A stretch of DNA of 64,000 bases, taken from assembly GCA_038128265.1 (NCBI GenBank), contig JAYPJE010000015.1:17255-81254 (forward strand). Direction: 5' to 3'. Of the stretch, positions 38,101 through 46,123 are shown in pieces (positions within the stretch are counted from its first letter, which is position 1; each line of letters opens with the position of its first letter). The notes below the pieces were generated by a model. That model did not search any database. It saw only the letters and a list, made by a program, of their open reading frames with translations, and had not been told where the DNA came from. The position numbers and the translations under genes were made by a program. The stretch is from Gemmatimonadota bacterium (GTDB taxonomy: Bacteria; Latescibacterota; UBA2968; UBA8231).

Positions 38101-38508
38101 GCGGGGAACTACTGGGGCACTACGGATAGCACGGCCATTGCCGGACTCATGTGGGGCCGAGTTGATTTTTCCGGTTTCCTCGCAGAAGAGCCCGATCCGA
38201 CGGCGGTCGAACAAGTGCAGGAAGTTCCTTTGCGCTTTGCGTTGGGACTGGGCTATCCCAATCCCTTCAATGCCGCTGTCGCCATTCCCTTTGAACTCGG
38301 TGAAGCGGTGCATGCCAAACTGTCTGTATACGACGCGCTAGGTCGCAGGGTGCGCACGCTCGTTGACGCGGCAATGGCCGGCGGAACACACAGCGCCCAT
38401 TGGGACGGACGCGATGAGCGGGGGGGCGAGGCAGCTTCCGGCCCGTATTTTTATCGCCTGCAGGCCGGCGACTTTGCCGCTCAGGGCCGCGTATTGCTGC
38501 TGCGCTAG
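35161..38508 (+). CDS. Secreted M6 (immune inhibitor A-like) metalloprotease with beta-helix repeats and C-terminal FlgD-Ig/sorting domain
   Basis: HEFGHVLGLTDL, WGLMG, EYFLLEYR, GLLLWHVD; C-terminal YPNPFN...YDALGRRVRTL...WDGRD...SGPYFYRL; start inferred at TTG 35161 (signal-like). Confidence 0.85.
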   Translation: MYLSHFLRISFTLWALAGTVSASAFECALPTPAGKRLQVGNSLSALVIFAQFAGQGAGSSAPSWSADLFNPSVPGSFTHFYNDMSGGLLQVRGRVLPKRYSALDTADAYVAAEGGGVGQYGLFNLQVLRQADADSDFGEFDNDGPDGVPNSGDDDGYVDIVFINLHTVPRGFFIGSATGLASLGLDADYISNDAAAGGGFVRVRSRFNGFGGTTQRGHTFSVTASTMCHEFGHVLGLTDLFDQSSLSAAGELDPEQDSAGIGKWGLMGLGTLGWGVEDGPNAFSGPTLAELGWVEVDVLDKAAAGLSLEEVFTGRRLLKIPVSRYEYFLLEYRRAAGSYYNRNIPQDGLLLWHVDERADNDEERHKRIDLVCADGLFADRGAPSTAADPYAGRDNLDFWSRDAAYASEYNGNQGDAGDPFDGVRYRRIAWDTNPALRAHSGSTRGVELAWALENMRPEGNQMRFDFAGTAREGHIVGQVRWEGDVQLNGDVVVQPGARLVLADGVRVALARGDARGAGFDPDRSELIVYGEVVQEGTAAFRSSAATPGALDWSGIFLMDGQALDEGALSVENARFGVVRFRLPPGQTTWSGDVSVRGDLLVPVDAKLVVEPGTQLFFSESDIAVNGVSPSYVELVVEGALEARGQIDAPLRFTTAPNPQDDQLWYGVRLLPSARTDVAFAQFDHVGFAFSGEIGRNGSLRVADAVLRDAAGGGASVTLVGEAGFERTLFTRITGPALRVDGSGQVTLRQARIVGNGQEGIVLNNASLLALDVEITNNGLLDGEDPRSGLRAVGGGGQKIELWNATVERNSKHGIELVDWLGEVELYDSFVNANYRDGLRAGRLKKLVFEQVDVQRNLGGGVAVDSAYVELWTSYVLGNVGDALYLGPGSTGAIEMGHFGGGPGTVLDRVGTLFVRTSTFERAPVGLRLIDGDPVLEKNRLIGNAVALRIEGTRVPSVVRSNAFLDNATAVENLTNRALQAAGNYWGTTDSTAIAGLMWGRVDFSGFLAEEPDPTAVEQVQEVPLRFALGLGYPNPFNAAVAIPFELGEAVHAKLSVYDALGRRVRTLVDAAMAGGTHSAHWDGRDERGGEAASGPYFYRLQAGDFAAQGRVLLLR

Positions 38509-38545
38509 TGCGCGGAGCATGCGCGTTTAAACGAGGAGCTGGTCG

Positions 38546-39439
38546 GTGCATACGGGACGAATCGAACGGTGTCCGGACGCGTTACAGCCGCGCCACAGAG
38601 AGCAGTATAGTGCGTTGGGCTACGTCGCATTCAACGATGTGCTCAGTGAGCGAGAAGTCGACGATGCGCGTCGGGCTCTGGCGCGCGTAACGCAGTCCAT
38701 GATGGAAGCGGTGCATCAGGGCACGGGGCAAATCAAGCAGGCACCCTGTGGGGCGACGCGCAACTACGCCGGTCCGCGCGTAATCAGAGATGGCAGCCCG
38801 TGCGTCCTGCACTTTGAAGCTGGCATTGATCCGCACACGCTCGACCCTGCACACGTCGAGGACTCGTTTCGCAAACTGCACAACTACCATGCGGAAGACG
38901 CCGTGTTCCAGCGCCTGGTCGAATGGCCGCGCATCCGCGGCTTCCTGTCTGAACTGATCGGTCAAGACATGGTGCTGAAAGACGTCATGGCTCTTTCCAA
39001 GCCGCCCTTTATCGGATCGGAAAAGCCGTGGCACCAGGACAATGCCTACTTTAACTGGCTGCCTCTCGACTGGGTTGGAACGGTGTGGATAGCGCTCGAC
39101 GATGCGACGGTGGAGAATGGGTGTATGCACGTACTGCCGGGGCAACACGTGCGCGGTCCGCTGCGCCATCACCACACGATCGACTGCGAGATTATCCCCG
39201 ACCGACTTGATCCATCGCAGGCCGTCCCCATCGAACTGCGCGCAGGTGGAGTGCTGTACTTTTCCGCTCTGTTGCCCCATCAAACGCCGCCCAATGCCAG
39301 CTCTACACGCCGCCGCGCTCTGCAATTTCAGTACCGTTCTATCAACGCGTATCAGGTGACGGCAGAGGAGTTTGGCAAGGTCTTTGCCGAAGCGGACGGC
39401 ACGCCCGCTTCGTGCGCGTTGGCCCATGAGAATGGGTAG
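38546..39439 (+). CDS. Phytanoyl-CoA dioxygenase (PhyH) family protein
   Basis: KPWHQDNAYF, VWIALDDATVENGCMHVLPG, HQTPPN.S..RRALQ; GAGGAG RBS. Confidence 0.92.
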   Translation: MHTGRIERCPDALQPRHREQYSALGYVAFNDVLSEREVDDARRALARVTQSMMEAVHQGTGQIKQAPCGATRNYAGPRVIRDGSPCVLHFEAGIDPHTLDPAHVEDSFRKLHNYHAEDAVFQRLVEWPRIRGFLSELIGQDMVLKDVMALSKPPFIGSEKPWHQDNAYFNWLPLDWVGTVWIALDDATVENGCMHVLPGQHVRGPLRHHHTIDCEIIPDRLDPSQAVPIELRAGGVLYFSALLPHQTPPNASSTRRRALQFQYRSINAYQVTAEEFGKVFAEADGTPASCALAHENG

Positions 39440-41654
39440 GGCGGCATTTGCCGCGCTGTTTTGGCTGTGCGTATGGGATGTGTCGACCGGGTATAGTGCA
39501 CTGCAAGCACAGGCTCAGCGCTCCGTAGCGCGGCGCTGGAACGAAGCGCTGCTCGAGGCCATTCGCAACGATTACGCCCGCCCAACGGTGCACGCGCGCA
39601 ACCTCTTCCACGTATCGGTCGCCATGTATGATGCTTGGGCGGCCTACGACGAAGTCGCCGTGCCCTATGTGCTCGGTCACCGCATCGGATCCTATGCGTG
39701 CGGCTTTTCCGGCGTTGAGCAGCCCATCGACGCCGAGGCCGCGCGCGTTGAGGCAATGAGCTATGCGGCGTATCGCCTGCTGGTGCATCGCTTTAGCGCC
39801 TCGCCGGAGGCGCGCGGTTCCCTCAATAGCTTTCGCACGCTGATGACGGAGCTGGGCTATACTCCCGCTTTCACATCGATTGACTATACCAGCGGGTCGC
39901 CCGCGGCGTTGGGCAACTACATTGCGCGCTGTGTGATAGACTTTGGCCTACAGGATGGCGCCAATGAGCTCAACGGCTATGCCAGCCTAGCCTACCGCCC
40001 GATCAATCCACCATTGCGTCCGGCCGAGCCGGGCAACCCGACGTTGATTGACGCCAACCGCTGGCAGTCGCTCTCGCTGCAGATCTTTATCGACCAGTCC
40101 GGTCACCAGTTGCCGGGTGGAACGCCGCCCTTTGTAACGCCCGAGTGGGGTAGCGTTGTGCCCTTTGCTCTAAATGAGGGAGACCGCTCCGTTCGAGTGC
40201 GCGCGGGGCATACCTATTCGGTGTATCGCGATCCCGGTCCGCCGCCCTATACGACCGAGGACGGCAGCGGGACGACGGATGACTACGCGTGGAATTTTGC
40301 CCTTGTCGCGCTGTGGTCTGCGCATCTCGATCCGGCCGATGGCGTGCTGTGGGATATCTCGCCCGGTGCGATCGGCGGTATAGATACGTGGCCGCAGACG
40401 CCGGCCGAGCTGCGCGCATTTTACGCGGAGGTCGAGGGAGGAGACGGCAGCAGGGGACATGCGCACAACCCGCACACGGGTCTGCCCTACGATGCGCAGC
40501 GCGTGCCGCGCGGCGACTATGCGCGCGTGCTGGCCGAGTTCTGGGCTGACGGTCCCAGCTCGGAGACCCCGCCGGGACATTGGTTCGTCCTGCTCAACTA
40601 CGTCTGCGACCAGCCGGGCTTAGAGCGGCGCATGCGCGGTGACGGGCCGCTGCTCGATGCGTTGGAATGGGACGTCAAGGCGTATATGGCACTCGGTGGT
40701 GCGATGCACGACGCCGCCATTGCGGCTTGGAGTATTAAAGGCTGGTATGACTATATACGCCCTATTTCGGCTATTCGCGCCATGGCCGACCGCGGCCAGC
40801 GCAGCGACCCACAGCAGCCGCGCTATGCGGCAGGCGGACTGCCCCTGTATCCGGAAAGTATCGAATTGATCGAAGCGGGCGATGCGCTGGCAGGTGCCGA
40901 CGGAGAACACGTCGGCAAGATCAAACTGCGCGCCTGGCGCGGTGCGCATGCGGTGGACAACGCGCGCGAAAACGCCACCGGCGTCGGTTGGATTCGCGCC
41001 GAAGACTGGTGGCCCTATCAGCGCCCATCCTTTGTGACGCCTCCCTTTGCGGGCTACGTATCTGGCCACTCGACCTATTCGCGCGCGGCGGCTGAGGTGT
41101 TGACGCTGCTGACTGGAGATGCGTATTTCCCCGACGGCATTGCTCGGTTTCGCGCGCGTCGCAACGAATTTCTCACCTTTGAGCGAGGGCCGAGCGTCGA
41201 CGTTGAACTGCAGTGGGCCACCTATCGAGATGCTGCAGACCAGTGCAGTCTGTCGCGCATCTGGGGAGGTATTCACCCACCGGCCGACGATATGCCCGGT
41301 CGCCTGCTGGGTCGGGATATTGGCCAGCAGGCCTTTGCCCATGCCGAACGCTACTTTGCAGGTCAGGTAGACTACCGTCCGGCGCAGGCCTCAGTCGGAG
41401 AAGTCGCCGTGCGAACTTATCCCAACCCGCTGCTTCAGGGGCAGTCGCTGCGCGTGCTTTTCGATCGCGCGGTCGCCGATGATTTTTTTGAACTGTCCCT
41501 CTATGACGTGCTTGGACAGTTGGTCGATAGGCGCCAAGTGGAACGCCAGCAAGCAGCCGTACAACTCGACGCATCGCTGGCCGCCGGCGTATATCTGCTG
41601 CAGGTGCGGGGTGCGGGATGGCAGGCCGGCGCCAAGCTCGTTGTCATCGATTAG
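39426..41654 (+). CDS. Vanadium-dependent haloperoxidase/PAP2-like secreted protein with C-terminal sorting-type domain
   Basis: KGWYDYIRP, PPFAGYVSGHS, SRIWGGIH vanadate/phosphate-binding motifs; C-terminal YPNP...LYDVLGQLV...AGVYLLQV; start 39426 or 39432. Confidence 0.85.
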   Translation: MRMGRAAFAALFWLCVWDVSTGYSALQAQAQRSVARRWNEALLEAIRNDYARPTVHARNLFHVSVAMYDAWAAYDEVAVPYVLGHRIGSYACGFSGVEQPIDAEAARVEAMSYAAYRLLVHRFSASPEARGSLNSFRTLMTELGYTPAFTSIDYTSGSPAALGNYIARCVIDFGLQDGANELNGYASLAYRPINPPLRPAEPGNPTLIDANRWQSLSLQIFIDQSGHQLPGGTPPFVTPEWGSVVPFALNEGDRSVRVRAGHTYSVYRDPGPPPYTTEDGSGTTDDYAWNFALVALWSAHLDPADGVLWDISPGAIGGIDTWPQTPAELRAFYAEVEGGDGSRGHAHNPHTGLPYDAQRVPRGDYARVLAEFWADGPSSETPPGHWFVLLNYVCDQPGLERRMRGDGPLLDALEWDVKAYMALGGAMHDAAIAAWSIKGWYDYIRPISAIRAMADRGQRSDPQQPRYAAGGLPLYPESIELIEAGDALAGADGEHVGKIKLRAWRGAHAVDNARENATGVGWIRAEDWWPYQRPSFVTPPFAGYVSGHSTYSRAAAEVLTLLTGDAYFPDGIARFRARRNEFLTFERGPSVDVELQWATYRDAADQCSLSRIWGGIHPPADDMPGRLLGRDIGQQAFAHAERYFAGQVDYRPAQASVGEVAVRTYPNPLLQGQSLRVLFDRAVADDFFELSLYDVLGQLVDRRQVERQQAAVQLDASLAAGVYLLQVRGAGWQAGAKLVVID

Positions 41655-41766
41655 CCGGAGAGCCATAGCCGAGGCCCGTATGTATATGCTAAGGGCGGCC
41701 GCTGGCCGCTTAGCCGCCGGTGGATGGTATCTGCACGACAAATACATCGTCACAAAGGAGATATAG

Positions 41767-42120
41767 ATGCTTATCTGGGTGCTGTTGATGGTTTCATGTG
41801 CTTTGCTCTTGGGGTGTGCGGCAGAGCGCCGTGGCGATGCCGGCGGGCCGCCGTTTGGCCCCGACGCGTTGCTGGTTGACGTGCGGACTCGCGAGGAATA
41901 CGAGAGCGGTCATATCGAGGGCGCCAAGCTGATTCCCTACGAGGAGATCGGCGCGCGCATAGGCGAATTGACCGAGGATCGCGATCGCGAGATTGCGCTG
42001 TATTGTCGCAGCGGTCGGCGCTCGGGCATCGCTCAGCAAACGCTTGCGAACATGGGTTTCAAGAACGCGATTAACGTGGGCGGATACGAGGAACTGCGCG
42101 CGCACCTTGCCGGGCAGTGA
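41767..42120 (+). CDS. Rhodanese-like domain lipoprotein (PspE-like)
   Basis: LLGC lipobox; DVRTREEY..GHIEGA, YCRSGRRS; AAGGAG RBS. Confidence 0.9.
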   Translation: MLIWVLLMVSCALLLGCAAERRGDAGGPPFGPDALLVDVRTREEYESGHIEGAKLIPYEEIGARIGELTEDRDREIALYCRSGRRSGIAQQTLANMGFKNAINVGGYEELRAHLAGQ

Positions 42121-42171
42121 GCGATCCGGCGTTCCATCGGACAGTACGAGCGCGCGCTGCACGTGGGAAGG

Positions 42172-43017
42172 CTACGACCAGACAAAGACCTCGTCGTCGT
42201 CAGCGGAGTAGCCGATAAATACGGCGAGCACGACGCGCGCTTGGTCGCCGACGATGGCCGGAACTTCGTGGATCAGGCGCGTGTTGAAAAAGTATAGGTC
42301 GCCCGGCTCTAAAGATACTTGGGCGTGCTCAATCGAGTGCTCGCGCGCGTAGTCGGCAAAGGTGTCGTCGGCGATATGAGGCTGCACTTCAGGCGTCCAC
42401 AAACAGCGGTGCAGCAGTCCCTGCGCCCCTGGACCGCTGCTATCGGCATTTTGCAGGCAGAGCACGCCGGCAAATTGGTGCTCAAAGCGATAGACCGCAT
42501 AGTCCGTGCGCCCTTCGCGCAGCACGACGTGGTCGATGTGCGGCTTGTAGCGCTGTCCTTCGTAGTGAATGCGAAAAATGGCTGGACCGTAGCGCCTTCC
42601 ATCAGCCTCGTAGGCAGTTTTGACCTCTTTGCCCGGACACAGAGCCGCCAGCGCATCGTATATGCAGCGCACGGGGTCGTCGAATTCCCTAAAGAGAAAA
42701 TCAAAAAGAAAGTGCGTCGACTGGGCGTGTTCCAGAAAGCGCTCACGGTCGCTGCCGCGGTTGCCCAGACTCGTGCCGATGTCAATGCGCGGGCGGGTGT
42801 CAGCGGCTGAGCGCGGTTCCGCTGCATCGCGCATGAGTCCCAAGTCGATAAAGCGGCGGACTAGGCCGCGGCAATGCAGTGGGTCGTAGGCCTGGCGCAG
42901 CACAAAAGCTGGGCTTTCTGCCTGTGCCAACGCGTGGATCGGATTGGCGTAGCGCTGTGTAACGGTATTGAGGTCGGGCTCTACTGCGCTCCAATCGCTG
43001 TGCTCTTGACTGTGCAT
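42172..43017 (-). CDS. 2OG-Fe(II) oxygenase-like protein
   Basis: PHID (HxD), PGDLYFFNTRLIHEV, distal R; start placed at ATG 43017. Confidence 0.7.
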   Translation of the reverse strand: MHSQEHSDWSAVEPDLNTVTQRYANPIHALAQAESPAFVLRQAYDPLHCRGLVRRFIDLGLMRDAAEPRSAADTRPRIDIGTSLGNRGSDRERFLEHAQSTHFLFDFLFREFDDPVRCIYDALAALCPGKEVKTAYEADGRRYGPAIFRIHYEGQRYKPHIDHVVLREGRTDYAVYRFEHQFAGVLCLQNADSSGPGAQGLLHRCLWTPEVQPHIADDTFADYAREHSIEHAQVSLEPGDLYFFNTRLIHEVPAIVGDQARVVLAVFIGYSADDDEVFVWS

Positions 43018-43205
43018 AACTGGGAGAAATCCTTTCGCGTGTGTATCGGTCGCGTTTGATTGGGGCGTTCGGTGCCCTGTTTCGACAGGACAATCCGACA
43101 ATACATACTCGCCAAATATAGACGGGTGTGCGCGCCTTGCAAGGAGGGAGAGCAGGCTGTGCTAACGCCGTTGCCAAACGGTATGCCCGTAGCGATCGCC
43201 AGGGC

Positions 43206-43250
43206 AAAGAAAACCCATTTGGCGGCCCGATAGGGAGTCCGCCAAATGGG
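43206..43250 (-). terminator. Intrinsic terminator after the enolase-superfamily gene
   Basis: Minus strand CCCATTTGGCGG...CCGCCAAATGGG followed by TTTTCTTT. Confidence 0.85.
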
Positions 43251-43290
43251 AGAAGAGCTGCTAATCGAATGGCCCGTGCTCGCGGTGATG

Positions 43291-44484
43291 CTAGTCGAAA
43301 AAGTCTTTGTCCTCGTCCGATAGGTATTTTTTGGCTTCTTCGACGCGAAAATCAACGCCGATACCCGGGCGCTCGAGCACTTCGATATGGCTGTCTACGA
43401 CGATCGGATCGGGCAGTCCATCAACGATGTCATACCACCACTCAGGGTTGCCAGTTGGGTATTCAAAGGCGATGTAATTGGTCGGCATGGTTGCCCCGAC
43501 CTGAACCAGCGCGGCCAGTCCAAGCAGGCCATCAAGCGTGCCGTGCGGCGCCATGAGAATGCCGTGCAGGTCGGCGTATTCGGCGATCCACTTGAGTTCG
43601 GCTATGCCGCCGACGTCGCAGGGGTCGGGGCCGACGATATCGAGGCAGCGCTTCTCGATCAACTCGACAAAGTTTTGCCGCAGGTAGAGTTGCTCGCCGG
43701 TGTGAATGCGCGTCGAGGTACTCTGCGTTACTTCGCGGTAGTTGTCTGCCAGTACATAGGGCACGTAGTCACCGGTCAGCATGTCTTCGAGCCAAGCGAC
43801 GTTCGTACCCTCAACGGCTTTGGCCAGGCGAATGGCATCGGGAACGACAAAGCCCGGACCGCAGTCGAGGGCCAGCTCAACGTCGTCGCCGCAGACCTCG
43901 AGCATGGCCTCCACGCAGGCCATAATGTGATTGAAGCCTTTGGGGGTAAGCAGGCCGCGGTTAGGGTGCTGCGGCGCATCGTTTACCTCGCCGTAAAAAA
44001 AGTCGGGAATTTGGGATGGCATGGGGCTGTGAAAGGCGATGCCCTGTTTGATAATGCTGAACTTTTCCGGGCGCTCTTTCATCTTGGCCATGGACTCGGC
44101 GTAGTGCTGCGGCTCGTGGCCGTCCATTTTAAAGCGAATATTGCCGTTATAACAGCGCACTCTGTCGCGCACCTTGCCGCCGAGCAGTTTATACACGGGT
44201 AAGCCTGCGGCTTTGCCGGCAAGGTCCCACAGTGCCATTTCGATGGCGCTGACGGCGCTGCCCCAGGGCTTGAAGCTGGCCAAACGGCGAATGCGCTGCA
44301 TAACGCGCTCGACGTCCGTAGGATCCTGTCCGACGATACGGCTCTCGTAAAACAGGACGTGCGATTTGATGTAGTCGGCCTTGCTCGCTTCGATTTGGCT
44401 ATAGCCAGAAATACCCTGATCGGTGGTAATGCGCAAAATGGGGTGGTTGCCTAGAATGGTGCATTTTAATCCGGTGATTTTCAT
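43291..44484 (-). CDS. Mandelate racemase/muconate lactonizing enzyme family (sugar-acid dehydratase-like)
   Basis: SAIEMALWDLAGKAAGLPVYKLLGG, WLED, TGEQ, PD..DVGGI, PGIGV. Confidence 0.92.
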   Translation of the reverse strand: MKITGLKCTILGNHPILRITTDQGISGYSQIEASKADYIKSHVLFYESRIVGQDPTDVERVMQRIRRLASFKPWGSAVSAIEMALWDLAGKAAGLPVYKLLGGKVRDRVRCYNGNIRFKMDGHEPQHYAESMAKMKERPEKFSIIKQGIAFHSPMPSQIPDFFYGEVNDAPQHPNRGLLTPKGFNHIMACVEAMLEVCGDDVELALDCGPGFVVPDAIRLAKAVEGTNVAWLEDMLTGDYVPYVLADNYREVTQSTSTRIHTGEQLYLRQNFVELIEKRCLDIVGPDPCDVGGIAELKWIAEYADLHGILMAPHGTLDGLLGLAALVQVGATMPTNYIAFEYPTGNPEWWYDIVDGLPDPIVVDSHIEVLERPGIGVDFRVEEAKKYLSDEDKDFFD

Positions 44485-44608
44485 TGCGCGCCTTTCTATC
44501 GAGTCCGTTAATGGCGGTGCTGGAAATGCTGAGAATGCAATTCTACGCCAGGGAGTAGGGCATCGTCAACTGGTGGGTGGGTGCGCGATGCCGGGGGCAT
44601 CGCATGGC

Positions 44609-46033
44609 TCATACGCCTAGCTGCTTTTTAATCAGTTCCTGCACGAGTTGGGGGTTGGCTTTACCGCGCGTGGCCTTCATGACCTGTCCCATGAGAAAGG
44701 CGATGGTTTTGAGGTTGCCGCCGCGGATCTTTTCGGCCGCGTCCGGATTGTCCGCTATGACTTGGGCAACGGCGCCGTCCAGTTCGCCGCTGTCGGAAAT
44801 CTGCACCAACCCCTTAGACTCGACGATCTCGGCCGGGGTGCCGCCCTGTTCCCAGATTTCGCCAAAGACCTCGCGGGCTGCATTCTGGTTTATGGTCCCC
44901 TTTTGCACTAACTCAATTAATTCGGCCAACGCCTGTGCGGGCACTTTAATATCGACGCTGTCGGCTTCGTTTAGGCGGCGGAACACTTCGCCGGTGACCC
45001 AATTGGCTACCTGTTTCGCATCGGTTGATCCCTGGCTCACCGCCTCTTCAAAATACGTGGCGATGTGCTGGTCCTCGATCAGCACGGCTATGTCTTGGTC
45101 ACTCAAGCCGTATTCGCTGGCAAAGCGCGCGGCCTTGGCGTCGGGTAATTCAGGCAGTTCGGCGCGCGCCGCTTCAATCCACTCTTCGGGCAGGTGCACG
45201 TCGAGCAAGTCGGGTTCGGGGAAGTAGCGGTAGTCCTCTGAAGTTTCCTTTGAGCGCTGTTCGCGCGTGGCGCCGGCGTGTTCGTCCCAGCCCATGGTAA
45301 CCTGGCGCACGTGGCCCCCGTCTTCAACGACCTGCTGTTGGCGCTTCACTTCATATTCGATGGCATTGCGCACCGCGCGGAAGGAGTTGAGGTTTTTTAC
45401 TTCGACTTTAGTCCCGTACTCGGCAGATCCCCGTGGTCGAATGGAGATATTGGCCTCGCAGCGCATGGCGCCCTTTTCCATATCGCCCGTCGACGCGCCG
45501 AGATAGCGCACGACCTGGCGAATTTTGGTCAGGTAGGCGTAGGCTTCTTCGGCAGAGCGAATGGACGAATCGGTGACGATCTCCATCAGCGGCACGCCGG
45601 CGCGGTTGTAGTCAACCAGGCTGGAGCGGCCTTCGTGCTGCAGTTTGCCGGTGTCTTCTTCTAGGTGGACGCGCACCACGCCGATGCGCTTGGTGTTTCC
45701 GTCGACCTGCACCTCTACATAGCCATCGGTGCATAGCGGCAGCTCGTACTGCGATACCTGATAGCCCTTGGGTAGGTCTGGATAGACGTAGTTCTTGCGC
45801 GCAAAGACGTTGTGCGGCTGGATTGCGCAGTGCAGCGCCATGCCGGTCATCGCCGTCAGCTGCATGGCCCGTTCGTTGATGACGGGCAGTGCGCCGGGCT
45901 GGGCGGTGCATACGGGGCATACGTGGGCGTTGGCTTCGACGAGGAAGTGGTCGGCGGGACAGCGGCAGAACATTTTGGACTGCGTGTGCAACTCGACGTG
46001 TACTTCCATGCCGATAACGGTTTCATAAGACAC
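44609..46033 (-). CDS. gatB: Asp/Glu-tRNA amidotransferase subunit B
   Basis: [74 protein letters not shown]. Confidence 0.98.
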   Translation of the reverse strand: MSYETVIGMEVHVELHTQSKMFCRCPADHFLVEANAHVCPVCTAQPGALPVINERAMQLTAMTGMALHCAIQPHNVFARKNYVYPDLPKGYQVSQYELPLCTDGYVEVQVDGNTKRIGVVRVHLEEDTGKLQHEGRSSLVDYNRAGVPLMEIVTDSSIRSAEEAYAYLTKIRQVVRYLGASTGDMEKGAMRCEANISIRPRGSAEYGTKVEVKNLNSFRAVRNAIEYEVKRQQQVVEDGGHVRQVTMGWDEHAGATREQRSKETSEDYRYFPEPDLLDVHLPEEWIEAARAELPELPDAKAARFASEYGLSDQDIAVLIEDQHIATYFEEAVSQGSTDAKQVANWVTGEVFRRLNEADSVDIKVPAQALAELIELVQKGTINQNAAREVFGEIWEQGGTPAEIVESKGLVQISDSGELDGAVAQVIADNPDAAEKIRGGNLKTIAFLMGQVMKATRGKANPQLVQELIKKQLGV

Positions 46034-46123
46034 GATGCAGGGTCTCCTTGGCGTGGCAGAACGGATGGTCGACTACAAAAAAATGCGCTTTAGCCGTGAA
46101 TTTGGCCAGTCGGCGCCGCGCGT

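Noticed and set aside
18374..43235. Recurring CCCTAT(C/G)GG-like loops at 18374, 19489 and 43226 as a REP-like element
   Set aside because: Too short and variable, and the flanking stems are unrelated.
44609..46033. gatB without adjacent gatA/gatC
   Set aside because: Split gatCAB arrangements are common in bacteria.
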